A DNA stretch of 64,000 bases from Carcharhinus amblyrhynchos (Eukaryota). Positions 1 to 13,149 of this stretch are shown here, one piece after another. The notes under the pieces are model-generated. The model was not told where the DNA came from and did no database searches. It saw only the letters and a list, made by a program, of their open reading frames with translations. The DNA lies in the NCBI GenBank assembly GCA_965287045.1, contig OZ336881.1, forward strand, positions 21,390,001 through 21,454,000, written 5' to 3'. How positions within the stretch are numbered: the first letter of the stretch is position 1; each line of letters opens with the position of its first letter. Both the position numbers and the translations under genes were made by a program.

Positions 1-467
1 TACGTCTTCAAAAACCTTGAATGAATCTGTCAAACATGATTTCTCTTTCATAAAATCATACTGATTTTGTCTCAGCATGCAATGATCTTCTAAATGCATT
101 TAAGATTTCCTCAAGAATAGATGCCAAGATTTTCTCAATGCCTTATGTCAGGATAATTGACCTGTAGTCCTGTGTATTCTCTGTTCCTCCTTGTTGAATG
201 TTAGAACAAACAACGTAGGGAAGAGTAGGCAAGAGATCCTCTTTTAACAATACCAGCTCCTAAGAGCTAAATTAAAGAACCTCAAGAATTATCTTTGGAT
301 CATTACACAGGCCATGTGCAAATGAGCATATGATAAGCAGATTAGAGAGATGAAAAGCAGCATATAAAGGCACAAAGTCAATTTACAAAATAATGCTCTT
401 TTTAACAAAATTTACAAAAGATGGAAGAAAGCAGACAGGATACCAAAACATTATTTTGTAGTTTGAG

Positions 468-641
468 TTTGTGTCCTTATACGCCCTGTTTGTGAACAGA
501 ACTCCCGTTTACCTGATGAAGGAGCAGCACTCTGAAAACTAGTGGCTTGTGCTACCGAATAAACCTGTTGGACTTTAACCTGGTGTTGTGAGACTTCTTA
601 CTGTGTTTACCCCAATCCAACGTCGGCATCTCCACATCATT
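468..641 (+). mobile_element. Penelope-type pLTR fragment with hammerhead motif
   Basis: CTGATGA (513-519), stem, GAAA (534-537), then the tail aataaacctgttggactttaacctggtgttgtgagac...catctccacatcat shared with four other copies in the window. Confidence 0.7.
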
Positions 642-1009
642 TATGCTCTCCCATAGTATAGCCTGTTTCATCTTCTTTCCTGTTACTTTTTTTTTAAGCA
701 GTTTTTATTTCTTGTAGTTCCTTCCCTCAATCTTCCAACTTTAAAGCCTTTGTCAGCTTCCTATTCTGCCCTTTCTGCTAGGATACTGGTCTGGTTCATA
801 TAGAGCCTGTCCCATTGGTATAGTTCCTTTCTGGCTCAGTACAGCTTCCAATATCCCATGAAAAGGAGCATGCCTTGTCCTCAGCAGTCCTTTAGCCACA
901 AGTTAACTGAGCTGAACTGTCAGTCTTAATGCTAATTTGCATGTGGTTCAGGTAATAATCCAGAGATTAGTAGCCTAATAGTAGGAATTATTATTATTAA
1001 TATTATTAT

Positions 1010-1762
1010 TATTTAAAGGGTGAAAAGCTGCAGCATGAGAGGGACCTGGGAGTCCTTGTGCACGAATCGCAAAAACCCAGTCTGCAGGTGCAGCAGGTGA
1101 TCAAGAAGGCGAATGGAATGTTGGCCTTTATAGCGAGGGGGATAGAATATAAAAGCAGGGAGGTCTTGCTGCAACTGTACAGGGCACTGGTGAGGCCACA
1201 ACTGGAGTACTGTGTGCAGTTTTGGTCCCCGTATTTGTGAAAGGATATATAGGCCTTGGAGGGAGTACAGAGAAGGTTCACCAGGCTGATACCGGAGATG
1301 AGGGGGTTATCTTATGAAGAGAGATTGAATAGACTGGGTCTGTACTCGTTACAGTTTAGAAGGCTGACGGGGGATCTTATAGAGACTTACAAGATAATGA
1401 AAGGGCTAGATGGGGTAGAGGTAGAGAGATTCTTTCTGCTTAGAAAGGAAACCAGAAGTAGAGGGCACAACCTCAAAATAAGGGGGGGGACAGTTTAGAA
1501 CGGGGTTGAGGAGGAACTTCTTCACTCAAAGGGTGGTGAATCTCTAGAATTCTCTGCCCGTTGAAGTGGTGGAGGCTACCTCGCTGAATATACTTAAGTC
1601 ACAAGTAGATAGATTTCTGATAGACAAGGGAATTAAGGGTTATGGGGAAAAAGCAGGAAAGTGGAACTGATCCACTTCAGATCAGCCATGATCTTATTGA
1701 ATGGTGGGGCAGGCTTGAAGGGCTAGATGGCCTACTCCTGCTCCTATTTCTTATGTTCTTAC
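1010..1762 (+). mobile_element. CR1 LINE 3' fragment
   Basis: ORF2 C-terminus LYRALVRPQLEYCVQFWSP...VQRRFTRLIP, ends in ttcttatgttctt tail. Near-identical to 60080-60843. Confidence 0.92.
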
Positions 1763-3046
1763 GTAAAGTACTGCTTGATTTAGTTTCTAATTCCTGGTAT
1801 TCCCTCAGCAGAACCAGCATCACTAAAACAGATTATCTGGTCAAGATCTCTTCATTGTGGATCTTTGCTGAATGCAAATTCCATATTGTGTTTCCCTACA
1901 CTAGAACAGTGACGGCATATCAATCGTACTTCACTGGCTGGAAATCACTTTGGGACATCCCGAAGTCATGAAATGCAAAATATAAATACAAGCCTTTCTT
2001 CTTTCACTTGCAAGACACAATGCTTTGCCACCATACCACACCAAAATGGAATGTTTCACAGATACCAGTTTAGATGTAGTGATTGTTTTCAGCATCTGCA
2101 GATCTGAATGAAAGGCCAAATATAGGTGGAATTCTTATCTTATAATGATAAAATTGGTTTTAGCTGTGCAACGTGTTAAGACTGGTTGATTTTCAAAAAC
2201 AATCTAATTTGGTCATGAAATGAAGCAATTTCTGAAATCTGGTTAAGAACTGGCTTTAAAAAAGTTAAAAGCGCAAGAATTTTTTTTAATAAATGGACAG
2301 GTAGAAAACAGTATACCATAAATTTCAATTCCTTCCAATAGTATAAAGTTTTTTTTTGACAAAGTTTATACAGGACTCTCTTTTGGAATGTTCAGCATTA
2401 AATTATCTGTATTTAATAATTCCTAAATTCTTAATACTAAAATAAGAATTCTGGACCAAATTTTAGAAATTCACATTATTTTTCCTTGATGCACAATTCC
2501 TTTTCAAATTCAGAAGGCTACAAATTAATGAAATATATTCCACTGAGGACCAAAAATGTACCCTGAACCAGCAAATTAAAAAAAAAACAAGAAAAATGAT
2601 AAACAAGAAATATCTTCTAAGAATAAAACCTACAGAGAAGTGTTGAAAATCCCAAAGCACATTTTGTACACTTAGTCCTTTGGTTAGCAGCCACTTGAAG
2701 TAGCTTAGCAAATCACTGGTGGTGTTAGATCAAATACAAAACAACAATAGTTCAAGAAGGAACCCCAAGACCACCTTTTCAGGGCAATGAAGAATGAGAA
2801 ATAATCTCTAACATTGATAGCGAGACCCAAGTATTGAGCATTTTCTTCTGACATGTAGCCCTTTAACACTCGATCAATACAACAGTGTAACTGTTAACTC
2901 CCATCACTAAATCTGGCAAACAAGTTTAAAAGAAGTTGGTTGACATTAGCAATTGAAGGGAATCTTCTTGCTGTGTTTCATTTGGTGACGCTGACCAGAA
3001 GAATTATTTATCCAGCAGGGTAAAGATCAAATCCGCACCGCAGGTA

Positions 3047-3360
3047 CTACTGCCTCTTCTTTGGCTCCTGTTCAGAATCTTTATTTTCATCATTGTTTAG
3101 TTTGTTCTGCAAAGCTGCAGCTACTTTCTTGGAAGTTTTTTTGAGCATAGGGTTTTCTGGGTGATTCTGCTTCATGTGAAGGTAAAGGTCCTCTTGGTTC
3201 ATAGCTGTGAACCCACATTCTTCACAGACATACAGCTTTGCCCTCCTCTCCTTGTAGTTGTATTTCTGTGTCACTCCATGGATCTTCTTGAGGTGTGATT
3301 CCAAAGAGCATCTCTGCGTAAAGGCTTTGTGACAAAGACTGCATTTATAAGGGCGGATTC
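3047..3360 (-). CDS. OVOL2: OVOL2 coding exon 4 (C2H2 fingers 3-4, stop)
   Basis: (G)IRPYKCSLCHKAFTQRCSLESHLKKIHG...KLYVCEECG...stop TAG at 3047-3049. Acceptor catgcag|. Total CDS 100+203+187+314=804 nt (267 aa). Confidence 0.95.
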
Positions 3361-3534
3361 CTGCATGTGAAAAATGAATATGACACTTAAGTTTTAGCTA
3401 ATCATCTGTACTACAAACCTGATTATTCTCCATAATTGTATAATCTCCCTTTCTGAAAGTACCAATTCAAGTTATGGAGTAATAGAAGAAGTCCTGATCC
3501 TCCCTTCCATTCCTCTATTTAACATTTTTTAAAT

Positions 3535-3790
3535 AGAATCCCTACAGCGCAGAAGGACATTTGGCCCATTGAATCTGCATTGAATCTCCAAAACAGCATG
3601 CCACCCTGGCCCACCCTATCCCCATAACCCTGCACATTTAGCATGGCCAATCCACCTAATGTGCACATCTTTCGACTGTGGGAGGAAACCATAACACCGG
3701 GAGGAAACCCACACAGACACAGGGAGAACGTGCAAACTCCAAACAGACAGTGATCCAAGGCTGGAATTGAACTTGAGTCTCTGGAGCTTT
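3535..3790 (-). mobile_element. HE1-type (V-)SINE, tail A
   Basis: Reverse complement of the repeated body ctgtgtggagtttgcacgttctccc...ctgtagggattcta. Confidence 0.85.
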
Positions 3791-5196
3791 GTGGTTGCAT
3801 TCCTGAGCAGAACAATATTGAGCAAATCAGATGTTCCCATTACAACTAAAGTGAAAATCTTGTTCTTTTAGACATTTATCTAAATTTAAAAGAAATATAA
3901 ATTTGAATAATTTACAAGAAGTTTCACCATTGAACAAATCAAGAGTGAGAGTGGCATCATTAAACATGGGGCTGATGAACAGAATGCAGGTACAGGATGT
4001 TAGGTTAAAATTGAATGGGAAAAGGATTTGTGGAGATTATTACCGACGGAGAGAGAATGTGTGAGAAAGGAATGGAAGGAGCTGGGAGAGAGTGGGAGAA
4101 AAGCAGTTACCTGAATAATTCATGAGGATAAACTGCTGAAGTGTCCAGAACAATTGGTAAAACTGAGAGTTGAAGTTATTATAACCAAAACTGTCAGTTT
4201 TGGTTAAGTTTTATTGTGGAGCTTGCTGCCTGTGTGTGTATCCCTATTGGGTCCTCAGTCTGTTTTGGAGGAAGTTCCTTTTTCTCACTTACAGATTGAA
4301 TACAAAAACATAATGGAATCAATTATTCACCGATGGTAATTCATTATTTAAATACTGCACTTTTATCGAATTCAGTGGTCACAGGGATTTAAACAGTTGA
4401 TTTGGTCAATACATTTCAATTCTCATTGTGGCCTGCTGGTAAATGATGATAAAGATAAAGTTGCCATATGCCCAGATGACCATAGGTCATCAAAGGGGGG
4501 AGCTGACTATTGGAGATTTAATCCGAGGATCATCACAACTCGGGGGAGCCTTCATGAATAACTTCAGCCAATACAGGAATTGAACCCAAGCTGTTGCCAT
4601 CACTCTGCATTACAAACCAACCATTCAGCCAACTAAGCTGACCAACCCCAATGATGATAACTAATAATACATTGAAGATTGCAATGTTTATTGTTCCCTA
4701 ATCTATCAGCGCTGTTGTAATGAAAAACTGTTGACCAAATCAACATTAAATGAGGATTACCAAATTCTGCTCATGAATCTTACGATATGAGGAATAGCGA
4801 ATGACCCAACTTAAGACATTGATGCACCCCATGACCTGAGAAAGTGCCAAGGTGCAGACATACAAAGTACTTGGACAGTACTTTTAAATCTCTGACCAGA
4901 TCCTCAGACATTTGGGCTGTTTGCCCTATATTTACCCTGATTTTTACACACTTTTCATCTGACTCGTTGTAAAGCATGCTGAGAGCAACTCAGAGGTGAA
5001 TCAACTGGAATGTTGCAGCCTCCAGCATCCATGGCAACCACAACAATGTTCAATCCCCATCCCAGCAAAGCTCACCCCCAGCACTAGATAAAGTGGGCAA
5101 ATGGTGTTGAGGTAGCTGATTAGTCACAATCTGATTGAATGGTGGAGCAGGCTTGATGGACTGAATGGCCTACTCCTGCTCCAATCTTCCACTCCT

Positions 5197-5218
5197 CTGT
5201 GTGTGTGTGTGTGTGTGT
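5197..5218. repeat. (TG)n microsatellite
   Basis: Run of about 11 TG units. Confidence 0.9.
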
Positions 5219-6062
5219 GGTCCCAAAGGAGGAAGTCAGTCTTTCTAGGGACGTTGAAAGGGATGAACACTGTCAGGAAGTGAATGTTGCTAGAGGGACA
5301 AGGGTGTGAACATTGTGAGGATGGGAATTAAACTTTGCAGGGGTGTGAGAGGGTGACAATTGTTGAGGTGGTGGATATTTTTGGGGGTGAGGGGGGGTGA
5401 ACACTGATGAAGGGGATGTTATGCAGTGTTGGACACAAGAGATACAAGTGTGTGAACTGTGTATTTTGTTTCAAAACTCTGGGACTAGCCAGACTTGTGT
5501 GGTCTTTACTAATCCTGGACATTCCTATAACTGGGAACTGGAAGAAGATGAGTCTGGACTGAGAGCTGATGAGTGAGGCTGTTTTAAGGGTTAATTTCTA
5601 TCAAAGGATTTTTATCTAAGTTTCTCTTGAACTTAGCAATCAACTAAAAATTACTCCTTAAGTTAAGAGAAGTAAAGTCTATTCTAAATATGAACAGGGC
5701 ATGAACAAAATATAAATAGGAACAAAGCCTCTGAGAGCAACGGCAGCTAGTTAATGAGCTAGTGTAAAACTTAAACTAGTTTTCAGAGCTTGATTCTTGG
5801 ATTTTCAGAAAGTATAAAAAGCAGGGTCCATCAGTACTATTGGGTCAACACTGTAATGCATCCTTTGGCAATGACATTGTTAAAGTGATGATCATTGCAC
5901 AACTTCCAGAAGAGTATAAATGGACACGGCTGGAACAGCTGGGTATGGGGAAGCAGATGGAACTCACTACCAAGCTGAGAATAAACTTGCTGAGGGTAAA
6001 AGATAAGCTTCAGACTCATTCCTTCATAATTATTGGAATTAACATGCACTGATTAATGCTTT

Positions 6063-6375
6063 GGGTGGCACAGTGATTATTAGCTCTGTTGCCTCACAGC
6101 ACCAGGGACCTGGGTTCAATTCTGGCCTTGGGTCACTGTCTGTGTGAAGTTTGCATGCACTCCTGTGTCTGCATGGGTTTCCTTTGGCTGCTCTGGTTTT
6201 CTCCCACCATCCAAGGATGTGTGGGTTGGGTCGATTGGCCATGGTAAGTGTCAGAGGCACTAGCAGAGTAAGTAAGTGGAGTGATGGGGATAGGGCCTGG
6301 GTGGGATAGTGGTTGGTGCAGACTTGATGGGCCAAATGGCCTCTTTCTGCACTGTAGGGATTCTGTGATTCTATG
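6063..6375 (+). mobile_element. HE1-type SINE, tail A
   Basis: tRNA-derived head with A box (ggcacagtga) and B box (gggttcaattc), central domain, tail ctgcactgtagggattctgtgattctatga. Confidence 0.88.
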
Positions 6376-6399
6376 AGTGCACAGAACTTCAGTTTCAGA

Positions 6400-7180
6400 G
6401 TTTGGTCAGGGAGGGAGTTTAGCGAGCGAGATACTCCTTTTTCATTACCATTTTCAGCCTCTGGTATTTGGCTTTTTGGCACAGGGGAAAAAGCTAATTG
6501 CTGAGTAACTGGTAAATTAGTGCACTTAACCTAGTTGCAATAAATAGTTTTTAAAGTTACAGTAAGGCAGGTCACCTCGGCCGAGTGGGATTTACATCCT
6601 ATGGTATGTGGGAAGCCATGAACCCGACCATGGTGACTGCATCTGTCACTGGCAGCAAAAGCTTTAGCCCTGGGCCATGGAAATTGGGTGGTGGCTGGAG
6701 TCACTGTGATGCATCCGCAAGGTGGAGAACAATGTGGAAAGCACTTTTAGGGAGGTGATCACACTGCAGGCTAGGAGTGTGCAGGTAGGGAAGGAATGGG
6801 AGACCAGTGGACAATCTAAGAGAACCAGGCAGGCACTGCAGGGGTCCCCGAGTCCATTTTCCTAATCAGTTTTCCATTTTGGATATTGGTGAGGGCATAG
6901 TCCATCAGGGGAGTGCAGTCACAGCCAGGTCTGTTGCACCATGAGTGGCTCAGCTTCAGAGGAGAGGAAGAAGAAGAGTGAAAGAGCAATAGTGATAGGG
7001 GATTCGACAGCCTGGGAATTGAGACAATTGTCTATGTAGCAGTAGCTGTGACTCCAGGATGGTGTATTGGCTCCGTAGTGCCAGGTTAAAGATGGCATGG
7101 ACCAGCTGCAGGGTATCCTTCTTAAGGAGGGAGAATGGTCAGAGGTTATGGTTCACATTGGTACCAATGATATTGGTTTA
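6400..7180 (+). mobile_element. Degenerate CR1 5' region / ORF1 (SGNH esterase-like)
   Basis: gcaatagtgataggggattcg (AIVIGDS) at about 6985 and cacattggtaccaatgatatt (HIGTNDI) at about 7154. Confidence 0.65.
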
Positions 7181-7424
7181 TTACCATTCATGTGGGATTT
7201 GCAGGCTAGACCAGCATTTATTGCCCTTCAGAAGGTGGTGGTAAGCTAGTGGTGAGATAGGAAGAGGGATGGATTGCTCCCAGTGCCACGTGTTAGTGTG
7301 CACAGGAATAGGGGGAATGATCACATGGCTGGAAATGTTGAATCCAACAGAATACCTTATTTAAATTACAAAATGTTCATTTTACTGCTGAAATATTTAT
7401 GATCACTGAAGCTCATGCTTGCAA

Positions 7425-9270
7425 TATGATATAGAAGCAGAAGTAGAACATTCGGCCCATCGGGTCTGCTACGCCATTCAATCATGACTGATAAATTTCT
7501 CAACTCCATTCTTCTGCCTTTTCCCTATTACCTTTGATCCCCTTACCAATCAAGAACCTATCTATCTTTGTCTTAAATACACTCAATGGCCTGGCCTCTA
7601 TGGCTTTCCATGGCAATGAATTCCATAGATTCACACTCTCTGGGTTGAAGAAACTCCCCCTCATCTCTGTTCTAAAGGATCATCCCTTTATTCTGAGGTT
7701 GTGTCCTCAGATCCTAGTCTTACCTACTAATGGAAAGATCTTTCTCACATCCACTCTATCAGGCCTTTTCAGTATTCTGTAAGTTTCAATAATTGGGAAC
7801 ACGCATCCCAGTTGATTTGCCTTTAAGCAATTTTCATGCTTCTTTTCTTTTAGGTGTTGATTTCTTATTGGAGTAAAATAAGTTAGGCTTGATATGACAT
7901 TTTTTACATCCGTTATTGATTTCGAGTTTTGATGATGAGTTAGCCAGTTATACCCCTTATACAGCACTCACATGCAGACATTTTCCAGCAGGTGTTTCTG
8001 ATTGGTTGGAAAGCTTGTCCTTCTTTTCCCCCCTCACTGTGTGCAAATTAGCTGCCACATTTCCTATGTAGGGACTTGGGAGTCAGAATAGGCCTTTCAG
8101 CCTTTTAAGGCTGCTCCACAATTCAATAAGATCATGAGTGATCTGGATGTGATTTCAGCCAATTTCCTGCCTGCACCCCATAACCCTTGACTCCACTGTC
8201 CAACAAAAATCTAAGTAACGCAGCCATGAATAAATTTAAAGACCCAGTCTCCACTAGCTCCTTTATCATAGAGTACCTACAGCACAGAAGGAGGTTATTT
8301 GCCCATCAAGTCTGCGCCGACTCTCTGACAGAATATCTTATCCAGGCCCTCTCCCCCACATTTACCATGGCCGGTCCATCTACCTAGACACCTTTGAACA
8401 CTAAGAGGCAATTTACCTTGGCCAATCCACCTAACCTGCACATCTTTGGGCTGTGGAGGAAACCAGGGCACCCAAAAGAAACCCATGCAGAGAATGTGCA
8501 AACTATAGTCACCCTCAAGGCTGGTATTGAACCTGGATCCCTTGGGCAGTGAGGCAGCAGTGCTAATCACTGTGCCACCACACTTCTTTAGAGAATTCTA
8601 TATTCTAATGTCCCTCTGAGAGAAACAAAAAAAACTCATCTTTGTCATAAAAGGGAGGCCTTACTTTTAGACCGTGTATTTTTAAATTGTGTGTCCTAGT
8701 TCTAGTCTTCCCCACAAGAAGAAAGCTTCCAGTAGCCAACATAAGCAATTTCCTCAAGGTCTTATGTTTGAGTAAGATCGCCTCTCATTTTTCTTAACTC
8801 AAATGGATACAGGCCCAACCTATTCAACCGTTCTTCATAAGATAAGCCCATCATCCTAGGCATGAGTCAAATGAATCTTCTCTGGCGCTTGATTTTATTT
8901 CCTTTTCTTTACAACTAAAGAAGTACAGTCATTACTGTCATATTATGCATTGGGGTATTCTGAGATTGTGAAGGACACTAAATAAATATGGTTTAACATA
9001 ACAATATAAAACATAAGAGCTGGAGTTTGCCATTTAACCCCTGCTTTACTATTCAATAAGATTGTGGCTGATCTGATCTCCAATTTCCTGCCTGCCGTGC
9101 ACATCCCTTGACTCTTGTACATCAGAAATCTGTGCAACTCAGCCTTGAATATATTCAATGAGCCACCTCCACTGCTCTCTAAGAGAATTCCAAAGACTAA
9201 CAAATCTCAGAGAAGACATTCCTCCTCATCTCTATCTAAATTAGGAAACCCCCCTGTTTACTGTGCCTCC
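7425..9270 (-). mobile_element. Cluster of CR1 3' ends (about 7425-7790, 8080-8930, 9010-9270) with an HE1 SINE (8265-8583) nested in the second
   Basis: Reverse-strand CR1 3' motifs (gaagaaactccccctcatctc, cttgaatatattcaatg). The SINE interrupts one copy. Confidence 0.75.
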
Positions 9271-9715
9271 TTGTTCACGAAAGGTACATAATATGCATAA
9301 CAGACGAAAACAAATGATTGGAACAGGCCCACTTGTGATGACCAATTATCTGTATACATCAGATGTCTTCATTTTATAATCATGTCTTGGGGTTCAAAAT
9401 GTCCCCAAATCAACTGATCTCTTACTGTAACTTCCACGCACTTAATTTTCATTTGGTATGGTGTCACATACCAGTAACTTGCAGTCATTGCTAAAACTAG
9501 GAGTTATCTCTCTTCCCTTCACAAGTAAGTCTTTTAAAATGTTATTCCATCCTTAAAGTTACAAAAGGAGATAGATATATTTCTGATTTTTTAAAAAAAT
9601 GGGTTAATGGATATGGGGAACAGGTAGGGAGTGGGTTTGAGACAAGGGAGTAGTCAGCCGTGATCTGATTGATTTGTGGAACAGGCTTGAGGGCTGAATT
9701 GCCTACTTGGAATAG

Positions 9716-10020
9716 ATCATCATAGATTCATAGAATTGCTGCAGAAGAAGTCATTCAGCACATTTAGTCTGCACCAATAACAATCCCACCAGGTCCTATC
9801 CCTAAAACCCCACATATTTACCCTGCTACCCTGACACCAAGGGGCAATTTTAGCATGACCTATCCACCTAACCCGTATATCTTTGGACTGTTGGAGGAAA
9901 TCAGAGCACCTGGAGGAAACCCATGTGGATGGGGAGAACTTGCAAACTCCACACAATCACAAAATTGAATCTGGGTCCCTGGTGCTGTGAGACAGCAGTG
10001 CCACCACTGTGCCACCCTGC
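9716..10020 (-). mobile_element. HE1-type SINE, tail A
   Basis: Same family body on the reverse strand. Confidence 0.82.
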
Positions 10021-10174
10021 TGACCCATTTCAGCTCCTAACTCCTATGTTCCAATACTCAGAATGGACTGGGCAAATCCAAATCCATTGCAATATGGCTC
10101 CAAAAATCCAAATTCAAGTGGAATCCGATTATGGTCTCCACAAGAGAGACAAACAAGATCCAAGGACAGAACAG

Positions 10175-10465
10175 TTGCACAGTGGTTAGCACTGCTACCT
10201 CATAGTGCCAGGGACCTGGGTTCAAATCCCAGCTTCGATGACCATCTGTGCACAGTCTGCACATTCTCCCTGTGTCTGTGTGGATTTCCTCCGGTGTTCC
10301 AGTTTCCTCCCACAGTCCAAAAGACACTCTGGTTATTGGCTATGCTAAATTCTCCCTCAGCGTATCCGAACAGGTGCTGGAGTGTGGCAACTACGGGATT
10401 TTCACAGTAACTTCATTGCAGTGTGAATGTAAGCCTACTTGTGACACTAATAAATAAACTTAAAA
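10175..10465 (+). mobile_element. HE1-like SINE, tail B
   Basis: Same head, but the 3' part is aaattctccctcag...cacagtaacttcattgcagtg...tgtgacactaataaataaactt. Confidence 0.85.
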
Positions 10466-10560
10466 ACAACTAAGTCATGCATCTGGCCCACCCTCTCACA
10501 CATTTTAGGGACAGGGAGTGCAACTCTTAAATAATTATTAGGCTGTTGAGGATTAAGCTA

Positions 10561-10956
<396 letters not shown>

Positions 10957-11803
10957 TCAGAGAGACACACACACCGTTACATTCAGCACCTGTACACCGC
11001 CAGAGCCCCCAAACACGCACTCAATGAAACTCCACTTGCCTTTATAATAGCCACCGTCCCCACACTCTGTAGATAACAGTAATAACCGTGGCAAACTTCT
11101 ACCAGATTTCAGACTTTGCTTAACCGAATACGTTTAAATTTGACTATATTTAGATACCAAATGTTACACCAACTGAATTATTTTGTACAGCAGGAATCAT
11201 CTTCCTGCATCCCCCAAAAAATCTACAAATAAGTGGGTCCTGCTGTCAGTACCTGAACCCTCTTTTCAATGCCAGTGGTGCATTTTAAAAGGGTTCATTT
11301 ATTTTATCATTCAAGGTGGAAGTGTACAATAAGGTAAATTGTACAGAGTCTTTAAAGCTTTCTTCGGACCAGCATAGTATACAAAATATCGCAATAAACT
11401 TTAATTTCATATGAAAATATAATGCAGTGTATGAAATCGTAATGTTTGTGTGTATGACAATATATTGCAAACATAATCTATAATAGTGTGTATTTAATCA
11501 TATTATTTCAGATATATGGTATAGTGCAGATCTGAAATCAAATGTGCATTGTTCAAATAGTGAAATATAATCTGAAATCACTTCCTTTTGGTGAGCAGTA
11601 TTTGCTTTATTCTGTTCTAAGAAGGGCACCTAATAGGATCTTCCTTGAACTGAGTGACTTATCATCTATGTATCTTTCAAATGATCTGTGTATCTTACGG
11701 ATACACTCTCCCAGTGGGTGCACCGGTGAAGTTTTCTCTGGCTGCTGCACTCTCCCAGTCGTGGTTAAGCGGAGTCGAGAGGGGCAAGGGGGAACCGGCT
11801 CAC

Positions 11804-12006
11804 CTTGATTTTCGTTCGCAAGACGCTGCGCTTTTTGAATTCCGATCCCAGAACTTGCTCCTCCGCATTCTCCTGGTCCGGTTCGGTCTTGTAAGGGAGG
11901 CGGCGCTCCTCGGAATCGTTCAGCAGTTTGTCCAAACCAGTTGTTCCGGGTGCTGGATCCTCGGTCGCCCTTTCCTCTTGGTAACTCAAGAAGCAGCTTA
12001 GATTAA
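11804..12006 (-). CDS. OVOL2: OVOL2 coding exon 2
   Basis: Acceptor ttttctattcccag|, reads (V)NLSCFLSYQEE...SVLRTKIK, donor AAG|gtgagc. 203 nt, keeps frame with exons 1 and 3. Confidence 0.88.
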
Positions 12007-12679
12007 CTGGGAATAGAAAATAAACTTTTTTTTAAACACAACAGCAAGGTCTACGGATGGACCATTTGAATCTTAGGCCAGTTTAAACAATGGACGGAGC
12101 TGTGTGTGTGTTTTTGCCCTTGGCTTGTTTGAGTTTGGGGTGTTGTCTGGCACTGCTGCTCTCTCTCTCTTATCAGTGTTTGACTGTAAGGAATGCAACC
12201 TGATACCCCTAATGGATTGAATCCTTTAAACGGCGGCAGCGGGGCGAGAGTAGGAGCCCGGGTTCCGTTATATTTACACAAAGCGGTGGGGGAGGGAGAG
12301 AGGGGGGAGAATGGCAATCTGTATGGGTGCTGTTTAACAGGTTGATGACTGATGGAATCAGAGAACACAGAGTACACCCTGTAATGTAAACACGGGCTGC
12401 CTTTTTACAGGATTCCGAAATCCGGGAGCACTTTTAATACACGACCTCTCTTTTGAAAGCGTCCTTTCCCCTCTATCCAGACGGGAGAGTGAGTGTTGTA
12501 CACATGAGCGGAGGGTTTGCAATTCAGAGCGGATGAATTGGTCCGCACGGTCGGGTCACTGGGAGATTAGATCCCCAGGCTGGATTTGCAAAGAAGGTGT
12601 TGGGAGCAAATGTGCCCGCAAGTGCGATCTGCTGGGGGAGAGGCTCTTATCCTTCTCTGGCATTGGTTGATTTCAGTTT

Positions 12680-12980
12680 CATGTGTCTCTCTGCACCCCC
12701 AACCCGTCCCCCATGTGTTCCTACCTCCCTCTCCCTCACCTACATCCTCCCTCCCTCCCCCACACCTTACCCTCTCTCGCAATCCCTCACCTCCACCTTT
12801 ACTCACCTCCACACCCTCTCCCTCCTCGACCTTCTCTCTCACCTCCACCCTCTCACTCTTGCCTCCACCTTCACTCACTCATCTCCACTCACCCCCCCCT
12901 CTCTCCTCCACCCTGTGTCTCTCTCTCCCTCTCTCCTCCCTCCCTACCCGGTCTAACCCGTTCGCTCTCTGGCTCTCTCT
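12680..12980. repeat. Polypyrimidine/polypurine low-complexity tract in OVOL2 intron 1
   Basis: Almost purely C/T(/A) on the + strand. Confidence 0.8.
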
Positions 12981-12992
12981 GTATTGTTTCAC

Positions 12993-13092
12993 CTGGTATG
13001 TAGGTGTCGGCCCTCTCCTCGTCTGGCAGTTGGTTCCAGTCGCGGATCTCCGGGTACGGTTCTTTCCTTTTCACCAGGAAGGCTCTGGGCAT
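12993..13092 (-). CDS. OVOL2: OVOL2 coding exon 1 (SNAG domain)
   Basis: MPRAFLVKRKEPYPEIRDWNQLPDEERADTYIP: SNAG motif plus OVOL2-type RADTYIP. 100 nt, followed by donor G|GTGAAA (phase 1). Adjacent to PET117/KAT14 as in human. Confidence 0.93.
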
Positions 13093-13149
13093 GTTGCAGG
13101 CGGACCCTGGGCGCTGCTACAGATGAACAAGAAGCCGGGAATTAAGCCT

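Noticed and set aside
2280-2420. OVOL2 poly(A) signal
   Set aside because: Only ATTAAA variants on the minus strand (about 2285 and 2412) in AT-rich DNA; cannot choose between them without transcript data.
6063-6130. tRNA genes at SINE heads
   Set aside because: The A/B boxes belong to tRNA-derived SINE heads continuous with SINE bodies; no full cloverleaf.
12993-13092. Calling the gene OVOL1 because it begins MPRAFLVK
   Set aside because: RADTYIPV and the PET117/KAT14 synteny indicate OVOL2. A phylogeny would be decisive.
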